Shown here: positions 46,801 through 55,506 of the stretch, one piece after another | Position numbering within the stretch: position 1 is the first letter of the stretch | Layout of the letters: each line of letters starts with the position of its first letter | Source: a virus | Lineage: Duplodnaviria; Caudoviricetes | IMG/VR virus record: IMGVR_UViG_3300042361_000498 | DNA length: 64,000 bases | Reading direction: 5' to 3' (one strand) | Program-made: the position numbers and the translations under genes | The notes under the pieces: model-generated | What the model was told of the DNA's origin: nothing | The model's database searches: none | What the model saw: only the letters and a program-made list of their open reading frames with translations

Positions 46801-46977
46801 GAGGGATTTGGTACGTTAGATAGTGATAACCTGTCATCCCTATTTATGATGATGCAATATCTCAAAACTCAATTTGATTTCATTTGGATGATTTCGCATT
46901 TAGAACAAATGAGAGATATTGTAGATGGTTTAATTGAAATCAAAAAAGATAATGGGTTTAGTAAGATTAATTTTTAA
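43834..46977 (+). CDS. Fused SbcD/Mre11 nuclease - SbcC/Rad50 ATPase (gp47-gp46 fusion)
   Basis: ADVHIR, AGDIAH, AGNHD, FHG, LGDIH (metallophosphoesterase); APNAAGKSS Walker A; coiled coil with CNFC hook; CSGME signature; VIDEGFGTLD; ISH. Confidence 0.92.
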   Translation: MSIKRIYHIADVHIRNVKRHNEYRQVFEKMFEEIRKRGTEDSLIYLAGDIAHAKLEMSPELLKEISWLFTECSKHCETILIAGNHDCNMNNSDRLDVLTPIVDALNLPNFHYLRDTQVYSIGGIDFSVFSIFDKRDNWITADKLFGNKKIALFHGPLDTSTTDVGYVVSSRHFKPEIFDGFDLALLGDIHKRQEIISEAGCKIVYAGSLVQQNFGESLDKHGFVVWDMDTLNYEEVDIQNEYGYYTMNVDNGIVPDVTDMPLKPRLRVKLSNTDTADTKRVVTEIKMKYNVDDFTIIRTDSFSKSKTGNRSSKLDFEDISDINHQNSLISEYVKRMMPYTTEEDLKGLETINRDVNSRIVTEDIHRNIHWKPVRFEFSNMFSYGEDNVINFDKVGGLMGLFAPNAAGKSSLFDAISFCLFDKCSRAFKAGNILNNRKDTFSCKLEIEIDGVRYFIQREAKTVSKGKSVKVDVQFWKENGDGTEILNGTERRDTNNIIEQYVGRYEDFVLTALSLQGNNALFIDKSQSERKELLSQFMGLTIFDKLYETASEDIKEVTTLIRNFKRTDFTSELAEKQSELKEKKEEFDTLDTESKELETEKSELEKEIIQLSQQLTPMDGNLNIDSLNTKKSNLDQNIEKQIEKMTDKASKLEEYESALKQIGEGIEESKLYDDTAIDYMYTKFTTLQSTYTSSLHSIDKLHISLDANKEKLSHLEKHEYDPNCNFCMNNVFVKDAKETEKIVGEQLIVLEELERGSKTITQNLQSLKDVKSQYDLWISLTEKQKKGNTLCDSTKLELEQMETQLQLFQHQLEGVEGDIQRYNDNLETISKNKEIQTKISELTTSKKEIEGKIESAKKKLLKLSSDTGSINTFIKDMKAKMGEVKDLETKNQLYTFYLDAVKRDGIPYELITKALPVIEEEINNILGQVVDFGIVMDTDGKNINAKIVYDDQEWALEMCSGMEKFVSGLAIRVALINICNLPRPNFLVIDEGFGTLDSDNLSSLFMMMQYLKTQFDFIWMISHLEQMRDIVDGLIEIKKDNGFSKINF

Positions 46978-47134
46978 CAGAAGGTAATATATTTTTTGGT
47001 TGAGGTTTTGGTAATACTTTTTCTTTTATCAAAGCTTCAACTAAACCATTTAATTTATAACCTTTATCTTTACAAAATTCTTTTAACATAAGATGTACTT
47101 CTGCATCAATTTGTATCATTGCATATTTTTTCAT
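46967..47134 (-). CDS. Ribbon-helix-helix DNA-binding protein (55 aa), not in ORF track
   Basis: MKKYAMIQIDAEVHLMLKEFCKDKGYKLNGLVEALIKEKVLPKPQPKNILPSVKN*: alternating beta strand, helix-G-helix. Confidence 0.75.
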   Translation of the reverse strand: MKKYAMIQIDAEVHLMLKEFCKDKGYKLNGLVEALIKEKVLPKPQPKNILPSVKN

Positions 47135-47189
47135 AACGATTATTTAACTTTCTTTAATTTTATTTATATTTCTTTAGATAAGTATTAAC

Positions 47190-47214
47190 ATAAATATTTA
47201 TCGTAATATTTATA
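47190..47214. promoter_or_regulatory. Divergent promoter region
   Basis: 12-bp palindrome ATAAATATTTAT (47190-47201) carries ATATTTAT on both strands; second ATATTTATA at 47206-47214 before the tail fibre. Confidence 0.55.
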
Positions 47215-47236
47215 TTGAGAACTAATAGAAATTTCA

Positions 47237-50200
47237 ATGGCAAGAATTAAAAAATACGCTAGTAACCAAACAACAAATTTACAGCCACAATTAACTGAAT
47301 ATGGTACTTTTGTCACAGACCAGTTACCATCATCAATATATTTTAGAATATCTGAATTTAAAGATACATTTACAGGTGGTAAAAACGGATTTCTTATTGA
47401 AGGTTCTGAACATTTATTAGAATCTACTGAAATAAAAATAGAAATAATAGATGTAAATGGTAATCCAATTTATTATGAACCAGGTGATGGTATACCTGAA
47501 TATTATGAAGGACTATCTAAATTAGTAGCTGTTTACATTTATGAGGATACTCCAATTGGTATTGCCAACATAACTATATTAGGAGAATTAAAAACTTATA
47601 TAGATAGTGAAGGAAATGTACAACCAATACCAGAAGAATGGAAAGGTATTTATAATGTAAAATGGCAAAAAGAATTTAAAGTAAATCGTTTAATAGCAAA
47701 CGAAGATAGAGTTAGATTTTATAAAAGACCTCAAGTATCAATTACAGAATTAATAAAACCATTATATTCAAATGTAGTTGCTCAAAAAACAAATAATGGT
47801 ACTGTTAGTGGTATTCCATTAGCACCATTAGAAAATCAACCATTATCCGAATATAGTTTACCAACATCCTATTTATTAACTATAACCGATAATGGTGTAT
47901 ATAATGCTTGGAGTAGTTCGGTTGTTGGAAATACTATAAGTGTACCATCATTGGGATATACAACAACTGCAGATGATATAATAAATAAAACTCAATTAGT
48001 TGTAACAAATCCATACACAGATTCCAATGGATTGGTTCAGCCATTTGTAAGTGCACCATATACTACAACTTTTAATTATTTAGAAGGTGTTAATGATTTA
48101 GCAACTGCATTAACTGGTTCATTTGCAAAAATAAGTCTTACTGATTTAACATCATTTGTAGGAGATGTTGCTAGAGTTAAAGTATTTAGAAAATCGCAAT
48201 CAGACTTATCCGACTTTCAATTTATTCAAGAAATTCAATTGGAAGCAAATGAATTACTTTTGGATTTGGATATACCAACTAAAAATCAAGAAAACTACGG
48301 AATATTTACATCGGATATTATTAAAGATTATTGGGTAACATCTTCTAATAATTTAACAGCAACATTTAATCAAAGTTATTTATATAATTCGGTTAAATTA
48401 AATAGTAATTCTTCGGTTTACAAATTCCATACATCAAAATCAATATCAATTACCGAAGATGTTGAATATACTTTGGATTTTAAAGTTAGAAGTGAAACAT
48501 CAACTGGTAATGGTTATATTAAAGCATTTTTAAGTGGTTCTAGAGATGGTACAAACGGTAAAGTACAAGTAGAACAACAAATAATAGCTGTACCAGCACA
48601 AACGGCAGTTTTACAAAAATCAACTGTAACTAAAAATATAATTGCCCAACAAATGGCAACTGCTAGTTTGTATTTTGAAGTTAGTGGAAACGATTGGTAT
48701 GTGTCTGATGTTAGTTTAAAAGCATCTCAAGAAAGTTCATTTTCACCCGATGAAATAACATTTATACAATCAGTTCCAAGAACATTACCGGAGGAAACAT
48801 TTATATATCGTTTTGAATTCTATGATATTAATAACAACTATATACCTGTAAATGTAGAAGAAACAAAAACATTTAACGGAGGTAATTTACAAACAATTAG
48901 AAAAGGTTTACAATTACTACCATCATCTTTATATTTTCAATTTGATTCTGGTTCAAATCCAGTTCCCCCAACTTCTATAAACATTCAAGTTGTAAAAACT
49001 TTATTAACTGGTTCTGTACGATACACATCTCAATCATTTGATTATGATGGAAGTACTCATACGGCTTTACAATATGCAGGTGGGCAGTATCCTGGTGTTT
49101 TAAATCAAACAAATCCTGATAATGTAGTATTAACTGTTGGAAATTTTACTGGTAGTAGAAGTGATAAAAATGTACAATATTTAGAAATAACCGGTGAAGT
49201 GGAAGGATTTACTGATACTATTATTATAACAAAAGTATTAGATGGATTTGGTGGTGTAAACTATATTATTAGACCTTATAGAGGAACTCAAATCAGAAAT
49301 AGTAGTACTGCTTCTTTGGAAATTCAAGCGGTTAGAATTGATGGTATAAATGAGATTATTTTAAATGATACAATTGGAAAACCAAAAGGCTGGCCTACTT
49401 ATCAACTTCACGTATTGTCAGCATCGTTAGACCCATTGAACGAACCTGAAAGGTTTATCAATTTACAAAAAGCAGTCAATCAAAATTATATTAAAGGATT
49501 ATCTGTTGGGGAATTGGGTAGTAAACAAATAAACTACAATGCAATATTCAATAGAGATTCTATAAATAAAGTAAGAGTAGTTTATATATTATCGTCTGGT
49601 TCAATAACACAACAACCTGCTTTTATAGCATCCGCATCTGTATTGACATCTATAAATTTAGAGGATTTGCAAGATGGTTTGGATTCTGGATTTATGGTAT
49701 ATAATACGGATACGTTTACTATCAATCCAAGAACTCAAACAATATTTACACCTGTATCGGCAAGTGTTACGGGTTCATTTTATAAAAGAGGAACTAACGT
49801 AGAACCATTTACCGCATCATTTGAGGTGTTCCCATCAATGTCTTTAAACATAGATTTTGAGCCGGAATATTGGATGTATTATGTAACTGGTAAATTTCAT
49901 CCAAATATTTCAGTAGTAGCAATTGATGAAAAGAAAAGAGAAATACCATCAAGAGCAGTTTCTAATCATATATACTCACCATTATCACAAAGTAAAACAT
50001 TAACCGTAACATTAACTTATACCGAAGATTATACATCATCATCTATAAGTTTGGATAAGACATTTACAATTGTACCTGAAGGAAAGCCGGGTGATGAGAG
50101 TATTGTATTTGAAGTAGTACCTACCAATGTAACCTTAAACTCAAATGCAGAAGGTACTGTTTTAGATTACAAACCATCTATAACTGATATTAAATTAAAA

Positions 50201-53200
50201 CAAGGTAGTAGATATTTGATATTTACTGGAAGTAGAGCAGCTGGTACATTCCACATTGCATCATCCTCAATAAGTTCACAAAATATCACACCTGGTAATG
50301 TACACTTTACATCATCATTTGGGATACCATATACTGCATCATTAATTGTATCTCAATCTTCAAATCTTACTGATTTAAGTGGTAGTATAACATATCCATT
50401 GATTATACATCCGTACTATACATCATCAATCTACACACAAAGTATTGTTCAAAACTATACCAAAGCAGTTGATGGACCTCCACCAATTGATGTAATAATA
50501 ACTCCAACTAATATTACATTAAATGCCGATGAGAATGGTTTTGTATCAACTTTAGCTCCCGCACAAACTACAATTCAATTAAGAGAAGGTAGTAAATTTT
50601 TAACATTTAATAGTAATTCAGCAGAAACACCTGGTACTTTTAAATTTGGTAGTACACCTACTCAAAATATTACAATAAGTACTTTGCAGGGAAATGGTAC
50701 TAATTCGGCAACTGCATCATTTAGTTTATTTAATTATCCACATGTATCGGCAAGTGTAAATTATAATATAATTGCATTTCCATATTCATTGGGACCTGGT
50801 CATAGATTTACATCATCAGTATTTAATAGAACTCAAACTATAACGAAGAATGTGGCTGCAACTGCTGCTAGAACTATTAATTTAACATCAACTGCATATA
50901 CTATAACTTATGATTCGGATGGGCAAGTAGTTAATCCAACAGATGGTATTACATTAGTTGCAACTGCATTTAATACAACTGGTTCTAGATTTTATCAATT
51001 TTTTAAAGATGATGTAGCTCAAACACCAATACAAACTACGGCAACTAGAAATGTAGCTCCTGAAGATGCAGTTGCTGTTGGTGAAGTTGCAACTTGGAAA
51101 GTAACATTAAGAGATGGTAGTAATTCAGCATCGGCACCAATTAGAGCACAAGCCTCTGTAACAATTGCTGGTGTTGGGGATGGTACTAAAGCATATAACG
51201 CAGTTGTAAATCCCGAAAACACTTCTATTGTTTATAAAGTTTCTGGTGAGTTGGAAATAGCTAATACATCTGCAGTAATAACGGCAACAAAAGGTGGAGA
51301 AGCTCTAACACATAGACCATCTGGTTTTAGTGCACAATCACAAGACCCATTTGGAAATAATATAGGTTCATTAGGTGAGTATCAGGTAACTATTCATTCT
51401 AAATCAAATCATATAGTTTTGGGTGATAGTAAAGTTAGTGGTAGTGTATTGAATGGTAGTACTAACGCAACTATTAGTAATTTAGCAGGATGGGTAAATC
51501 CGATTGGAAATCCAACGGGACAGATTGTTTATAGAATTAATTTTGAAAACGGAAAACAAATAACTTTTAAAACACAATCAATTGCAATTCAATACGAAGG
51601 AGACACTGGACCTGGTATTGTAATGAGAGGTGTGTGGAATCAAACTACTAATTACATAGGTTCGGTTGAAACAACAAACTATCGTAGAGATGCGGTAATT
51701 TGGCCTGACCCTGGTAACTCTGGTGGTAACACTAGATATTATGCGGCAATTAGTGGTAGTGGACCAGGTACCGCAACTGGATATCATGAACCTGTTTACT
51801 CACCATCACCTGTTGATAGTGCATGGTGGCAATACTTAGGTGACCAAGAATTCTTTGTGGCAGCTAAGATTGCAATATTCGATGAATCATTTGTTAAAAA
51901 TACAATTAATATTGGTAACAATGCTGGTAGTCCTTTTGCAAACATTGTATTAGCTGGGGGTAGAGATGACCCTTATATGGCAATTGGACAAAACGGAACT
52001 GTTGGTGGAAACGGAATTCAATATGACCCATCTACACACCCTACTATAATTGGATATGATAAGATTGGTATATTTGCTGGTATGTACAATGGTGCAACAT
52101 ACGAACCACGTTTTTCATTAAGAGGAAGTGGTGGTAATTATTTAAGATGGAATGGCAGTACTTTGGATATTAGTGGTGCGATAACGGTAACTGGAGGTGA
52201 TGCGGCAACACAAACATATGCATCTCAATCGGCAGCAACTGCGTTATCATCGGCATTGACAACTGTAAACGCATTGGCCGCCGGTACTTACAATATTGGT
52301 ACAACTACATTCATTACAAACAATTTTATATCTGCACCGGTAATTGCTGGAACTGCTGGATATATACAAAAATTATTTAGGGTTGGCGATGATACAGCTG
52401 CATCAATTTATTTAGATGCTAGAAATATAGCCGATGGAGCAGCTGATAATTATCGTAGAATATGGATTGGTAGTGGTGCATATGGTATTTATGGTGATTC
52501 AAATACTTCATTTTATGTAGATAGTAATAATAGATTTTCGTTAGGTGATAAATTAACATTTACTGGTGGTAATTTAAGTGTAAGTGGTAATATAACTTCA
52601 ACCGGTGGAAGTATTGGTGGATGGACTATAGATTCCAATTCAATTTTTAGTGGAACAAAGGGTACTAATGGTGCTTATACCGCAGCGGCAGGTAGTGTAA
52701 CAATATCATCAGAGGGATGGATTTCATCAAAAAATTTCAGAATATCATCAACAGGCGCTGTAAATGCAGATGTTATTGATGTGAGTGATGTGTTAGCTTC
52801 ATCGGCCTATTTTGGTACTGCTCGAGGAAATTATACAATTGCAATTGATACCAATGCTATGACATTAGCAGGATATTCACGATTCGATTTGGGAGCAGTT
52901 GCTGGTATTGTGGGTACATATACATCATTCATTGCATTTACTGATGGTGGTGGTACTCCATCGGGTACCATATTAAGTTCATTTGGTGCAACTGGATTAA
53001 CTGTAAATGGTGCAATTACCGCAACTGGAAATATTACTGCTTATTACTCTGATGAAAGATTAAAAACAAAATTGGGTAATATTACTAACGCAATTGATAA
53101 GATATCACAATTAAACGGATTTTACTATACAAATAATGAGTTAGCAAATTCATTTGGATATACCGATGATAAAACTCAATTGGGTTTATCTGCGCAAGAA

Positions 53201-53407
53201 GTACAAAATGTATTTCCTAATATTGTATCACTAGCACCATTTGATATGAAGGTATATTTACCAAATGAAACTAAAACCGATACACCACCCGAATCTAAAT
53301 CTGGAGAAAACTATTTAACAATTGATTACTCCAAATTAGTACCTGTATTAGTTGAGGCAATAAAAGAATTGAAAGCGGAAATTGAAGAATTAAAAAGAAA
53401 TAAATAA
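47237..53407 (+). CDS. Long tail fibre/receptor-binding protein with C-terminal peptidase S74 intramolecular chaperone
   Basis: 2056 aa; repeated Ig-like segments; G/S/T-rich distal strands; YSDERLK...AIDKISQLNG...GLSAQEVQNVFP...IDYSKLVPVLVEAIKEL. Confidence 0.85.
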   Translation: MARIKKYASNQTTNLQPQLTEYGTFVTDQLPSSIYFRISEFKDTFTGGKNGFLIEGSEHLLESTEIKIEIIDVNGNPIYYEPGDGIPEYYEGLSKLVAVYIYEDTPIGIANITILGELKTYIDSEGNVQPIPEEWKGIYNVKWQKEFKVNRLIANEDRVRFYKRPQVSITELIKPLYSNVVAQKTNNGTVSGIPLAPLENQPLSEYSLPTSYLLTITDNGVYNAWSSSVVGNTISVPSLGYTTTADDIINKTQLVVTNPYTDSNGLVQPFVSAPYTTTFNYLEGVNDLATALTGSFAKISLTDLTSFVGDVARVKVFRKSQSDLSDFQFIQEIQLEANELLLDLDIPTKNQENYGIFTSDIIKDYWVTSSNNLTATFNQSYLYNSVKLNSNSSVYKFHTSKSISITEDVEYTLDFKVRSETSTGNGYIKAFLSGSRDGTNGKVQVEQQIIAVPAQTAVLQKSTVTKNIIAQQMATASLYFEVSGNDWYVSDVSLKASQESSFSPDEITFIQSVPRTLPEETFIYRFEFYDINNNYIPVNVEETKTFNGGNLQTIRKGLQLLPSSLYFQFDSGSNPVPPTSINIQVVKTLLTGSVRYTSQSFDYDGSTHTALQYAGGQYPGVLNQTNPDNVVLTVGNFTGSRSDKNVQYLEITGEVEGFTDTIIITKVLDGFGGVNYIIRPYRGTQIRNSSTASLEIQAVRIDGINEIILNDTIGKPKGWPTYQLHVLSASLDPLNEPERFINLQKAVNQNYIKGLSVGELGSKQINYNAIFNRDSINKVRVVYILSSGSITQQPAFIASASVLTSINLEDLQDGLDSGFMVYNTDTFTINPRTQTIFTPVSASVTGSFYKRGTNVEPFTASFEVFPSMSLNIDFEPEYWMYYVTGKFHPNISVVAIDEKKREIPSRAVSNHIYSPLSQSKTLTVTLTYTEDYTSSSISLDKTFTIVPEGKPGDESIVFEVVPTNVTLNSNAEGTVLDYKPSITDIKLKQGSRYLIFTGSRAAGTFHIASSSISSQNITPGNVHFTSSFGIPYTASLIVSQSSNLTDLSGSITYPLIIHPYYTSSIYTQSIVQNYTKAVDGPPPIDVIITPTNITLNADENGFVSTLAPAQTTIQLREGSKFLTFNSNSAETPGTFKFGSTPTQNITISTLQGNGTNSATASFSLFNYPHVSASVNYNIIAFPYSLGPGHRFTSSVFNRTQTITKNVAATAARTINLTSTAYTITYDSDGQVVNPTDGITLVATAFNTTGSRFYQFFKDDVAQTPIQTTATRNVAPEDAVAVGEVATWKVTLRDGSNSASAPIRAQASVTIAGVGDGTKAYNAVVNPENTSIVYKVSGELEIANTSAVITATKGGEALTHRPSGFSAQSQDPFGNNIGSLGEYQVTIHSKSNHIVLGDSKVSGSVLNGSTNATISNLAGWVNPIGNPTGQIVYRINFENGKQITFKTQSIAIQYEGDTGPGIVMRGVWNQTTNYIGSVETTNYRRDAVIWPDPGNSGGNTRYYAAISGSGPGTATGYHEPVYSPSPVDSAWWQYLGDQEFFVAAKIAIFDESFVKNTINIGNNAGSPFANIVLAGGRDDPYMAIGQNGTVGGNGIQYDPSTHPTIIGYDKIGIFAGMYNGATYEPRFSLRGSGGNYLRWNGSTLDISGAITVTGGDAATQTYASQSAATALSSALTTVNALAAGTYNIGTTTFITNNFISAPVIAGTAGYIQKLFRVGDDTAASIYLDARNIADGAADNYRRIWIGSGAYGIYGDSNTSFYVDSNNRFSLGDKLTFTGGNLSVSGNITSTGGSIGGWTIDSNSIFSGTKGTNGAYTAAAGSVTISSEGWISSKNFRISSTGAVNADVIDVSDVLASSAYFGTARGNYTIAIDTNAMTLAGYSRFDLGAVAGIVGTYTSFIAFTDGGGTPSGTILSSFGATGLTVNGAITATGNITAYYSDERLKTKLGNITNAIDKISQLNGFYYTNNELANSFGYTDDKTQLGLSAQEVQNVFPNIVSLAPFDMKVYLPNETKTDTPPESKSGENYLTIDYSKLVPVLVEAIKELKAEIEELKRNK

Positions 53408-54153
53408 TGGCACTACCAGCATCAGGACAAATTTCAATGGATAATATGAACACCGATAGAGGAATAGCATCTGGTACTCAAATTAATTTGGCAACTGCTG
53501 GTACTGCTTATAGTGTTTCTTATAATACAAGTGGAACTAACGATTTACAATTTTCTGAATTTTATGGATTAAGTATAACACCTGTATATACATCATATAG
53601 CAGTAGTCTATCTACTGGTGCTGAAGCTGGTTGCTATGCTGGAGATTTTTATACCGATTTTACTATAACATTGTTAGACCAATTTGGAAATCCAATAAGT
53701 TTAGGTTACGATGTTGATTTTGGAATAAAATTCCTTTTAAACGATGTACAAGATGTTGGTGGTGGTTATTATCCTGACACAATTACTAATGTAAGAATCT
53801 TTGCAGGATTTCCAACAGGATATCGAAGATTTTATGATAAACGATATCTAAATTGTAACTTTAGTTCATTATGTGATGGTAGTTGCTATGAAGAATCAAC
53901 TGGTATGTATATATTTGAAGGACCAATAACAGTAACTACAACAACTACAACAACTACAACAACCGCAGCACCCATATATAGTGGATTGATTTTGTGTGGT
54001 GAAACCAATGTAGATTATTATTATACAGGCACTATATCATCTGGTGACCATTTATATAGTGGTGCTGGTAATTGTTATGTATCAACCGGTACAATAGGTT
54101 CAATATTTGGTAAAGTTGAAATATTTGGCACAATAAATGGTTGTAGTTGTTAA
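53407..54153 (+). CDS. Tail-fibre-associated adhesin-like protein with poly-Thr linker and Cys-rich C-terminus
   Basis: MALPASGQISMDNMN...QFSEFYG N-terminus typical of genes following S74 fibres; T10 run; ends GCSC. Confidence 0.55.
   Translation: MALPASGQISMDNMNTDRGIASGTQINLATAGTAYSVSYNTSGTNDLQFSEFYGLSITPVYTSYSSSLSTGAEAGCYAGDFYTDFTITLLDQFGNPISLGYDVDFGIKFLLNDVQDVGGGYYPDTITNVRIFAGFPTGYRRFYDKRYLNCNFSSLCDGSCYEESTGMYIFEGPITVTTTTTTTTTTAAPIYSGLILCGETNVDYYYTGTISSGDHLYSGAGNCYVSTGTIGSIFGKVEIFGTINGCSC
53935..53964 (+). repeat. (ACTACAACA)3 tandem repeat encoding Thr10
   Basis: act aca aca act aca aca act aca aca acc. Confidence 0.85.
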
Positions 54154-54159
54154 TATATT

Positions 54160-55119
54160 ATGGTAAACACTACTAAAAAACTACGTTATATATGCGCTCA
54201 ACCTGCTATTACTTATTACATTTGGCAGGTTGAAGTAATGTTAAACAATTTTATGCAGATGGGTATCAATTTAAATAATATTGATATTGTATGCTGGCAA
54301 CAAAATGATGAACTACCTGAAGAATGGAGTAAACTATCTAACAATTATGAAGCTAGATTCTTTTTTTATAGGGATACTAGAGAAACTCATCATTACATTT
54401 CATCAATCCGTCCTAATATTTTAAAGCAACATTGGAAAGCGCATCCTTATCTTAAAGATGATACCATATTTTACCACGATTGCGATATTATATTTACCAA
54501 AAATATAAAGGAATGGATAACGGATGAGATGATAAATGATGATAAATGGTATGGTTCGGATACTAGATGGTACATATCACACTCTTATATCAAATCTAAA
54601 GGTGATGATGTAATACAAAAGATGTGTGAGTTAATGGAATTGCCTGAAACACTTATTGAAGGTAATGAACTAAACGCAATTGGTGCACAATATCTAATGA
54701 AAGGTGTTGATTATGATTATTGGAATAGAGTAGAATCGGATTCAGAAATGCTATTCAAAGAAATTACCGAACAATGTAATGAAAAAGTAAAGAAAGACCC
54801 TACACACCACCCTTTACAAATATGGTGTGCAGATATGTGGGCTGTATTATGGGGAGGTTGGAGATTGGGATATGAGACAGTATGTCATCCTAACTTTGAT
54901 TTTAGTTGGGCTACGTCTGGTATAGATGATTATTATAAAATGAACATCATGCATAACGCAGGTGTAACAAACTCAACATCAGGTATGTTTTACAAAGCAG
55001 ACTATATAAATAAACTACCATATAATGAAAACATAATTATTGATAAAAATTATGCATCTTATTATTATTGGAAAGAAATATGTAGAACTTCTAAAAAATC
55101 AGTATTAACAAAAAAATAA
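54160..55119 (+). CDS. GT-A glycosyltransferase, resembling peptidyl-Hyp/Ser O-glycosyltransferases (GT95/GT96-like)
   Basis: SIRPNILKQHW...IFYHDCDIIF (DxD); WCADMWAVLWG parallels the W-x-x-EMY-x-Y motif of HPAT/SGT enzymes. Confidence 0.5.
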   Translation: MVNTTKKLRYICAQPAITYYIWQVEVMLNNFMQMGINLNNIDIVCWQQNDELPEEWSKLSNNYEARFFFYRDTRETHHYISSIRPNILKQHWKAHPYLKDDTIFYHDCDIIFTKNIKEWITDEMINDDKWYGSDTRWYISHSYIKSKGDDVIQKMCELMELPETLIEGNELNAIGAQYLMKGVDYDYWNRVESDSEMLFKEITEQCNEKVKKDPTHHPLQIWCADMWAVLWGGWRLGYETVCHPNFDFSWATSGIDDYYKMNIMHNAGVTNSTSGMFYKADYINKLPYNENIIIDKNYASYYYWKEICRTSKKSVLTKK

Positions 55120-55150
55120 TAAATAATCGTTTTGATAAATAAAAAAACAT

Positions 55151-55159
55151 ATATTTATA
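55151..55159 (+). promoter_or_regulatory. ATATTTATA putative late promoter
   Basis: 22 nt before the ATG at 55182; within a 19-mer identical to 58846-58864. Confidence 0.6.
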
Positions 55160-55181
55160 TATAAACATATAGAATAAAATT

Positions 55182-55466
55182 ATGGCACAACGTAGTGAAC
55201 AATTAGCAGAAGAAACTTATAATAAATTAAGAAATCTGCAAGACGAAATAAATAATTTAGTTGTAACAATTGGACAAGCGCATTTGCAAATAAGAGATGC
55301 TGAAACTCAATTGAAAAACTTTAAATTCTCATTGGAAAATTTAGAAACTCAATTTGATGAAAAAAATGAAGAATTAAATGAGGTATTGTATGTAATGGAA
55401 AAGGCATATCCAAAAGGAGAGATTGATTTAATTAATGGTACAATCACTTACGAAGAAGCTGAATAA
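55182..55466 (+). CDS. Small coiled-coil protein (possible fibre chaperone)
   Basis: Heptads; ends YPKGEIDLINGTITY, paralogous to 58882. Confidence 0.65.
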   Translation: MAQRSEQLAEETYNKLRNLQDEINNLVVTIGQAHLQIRDAETQLKNFKFSLENLETQFDEKNEELNEVLYVMEKAYPKGEIDLINGTITYEEAE

Positions 55467-55469
55467 AAA

Positions 55470-55501
55470 TTAGGAAATACCAAAAAAGTTTCGTATATTT
55501 G
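55470..55501 (+). promoter_or_regulatory. Bacteroidota-type housekeeping-sigma promoter
   Basis: TTAG 55470-55473, 20-nt spacer, TATATTTG 55494-55501, 5 nt before the ATG at 55507. Confidence 0.55.
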
Positions 55502-55506
55502 TTATA

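Noticed and set aside
42899-46977. Inteins in primase, Rad50 or terminase
   Set aside because: No Hint N- or C-terminal motifs (C/S start, HN-C/S/T end) and the lengths are accounted for by normal domains
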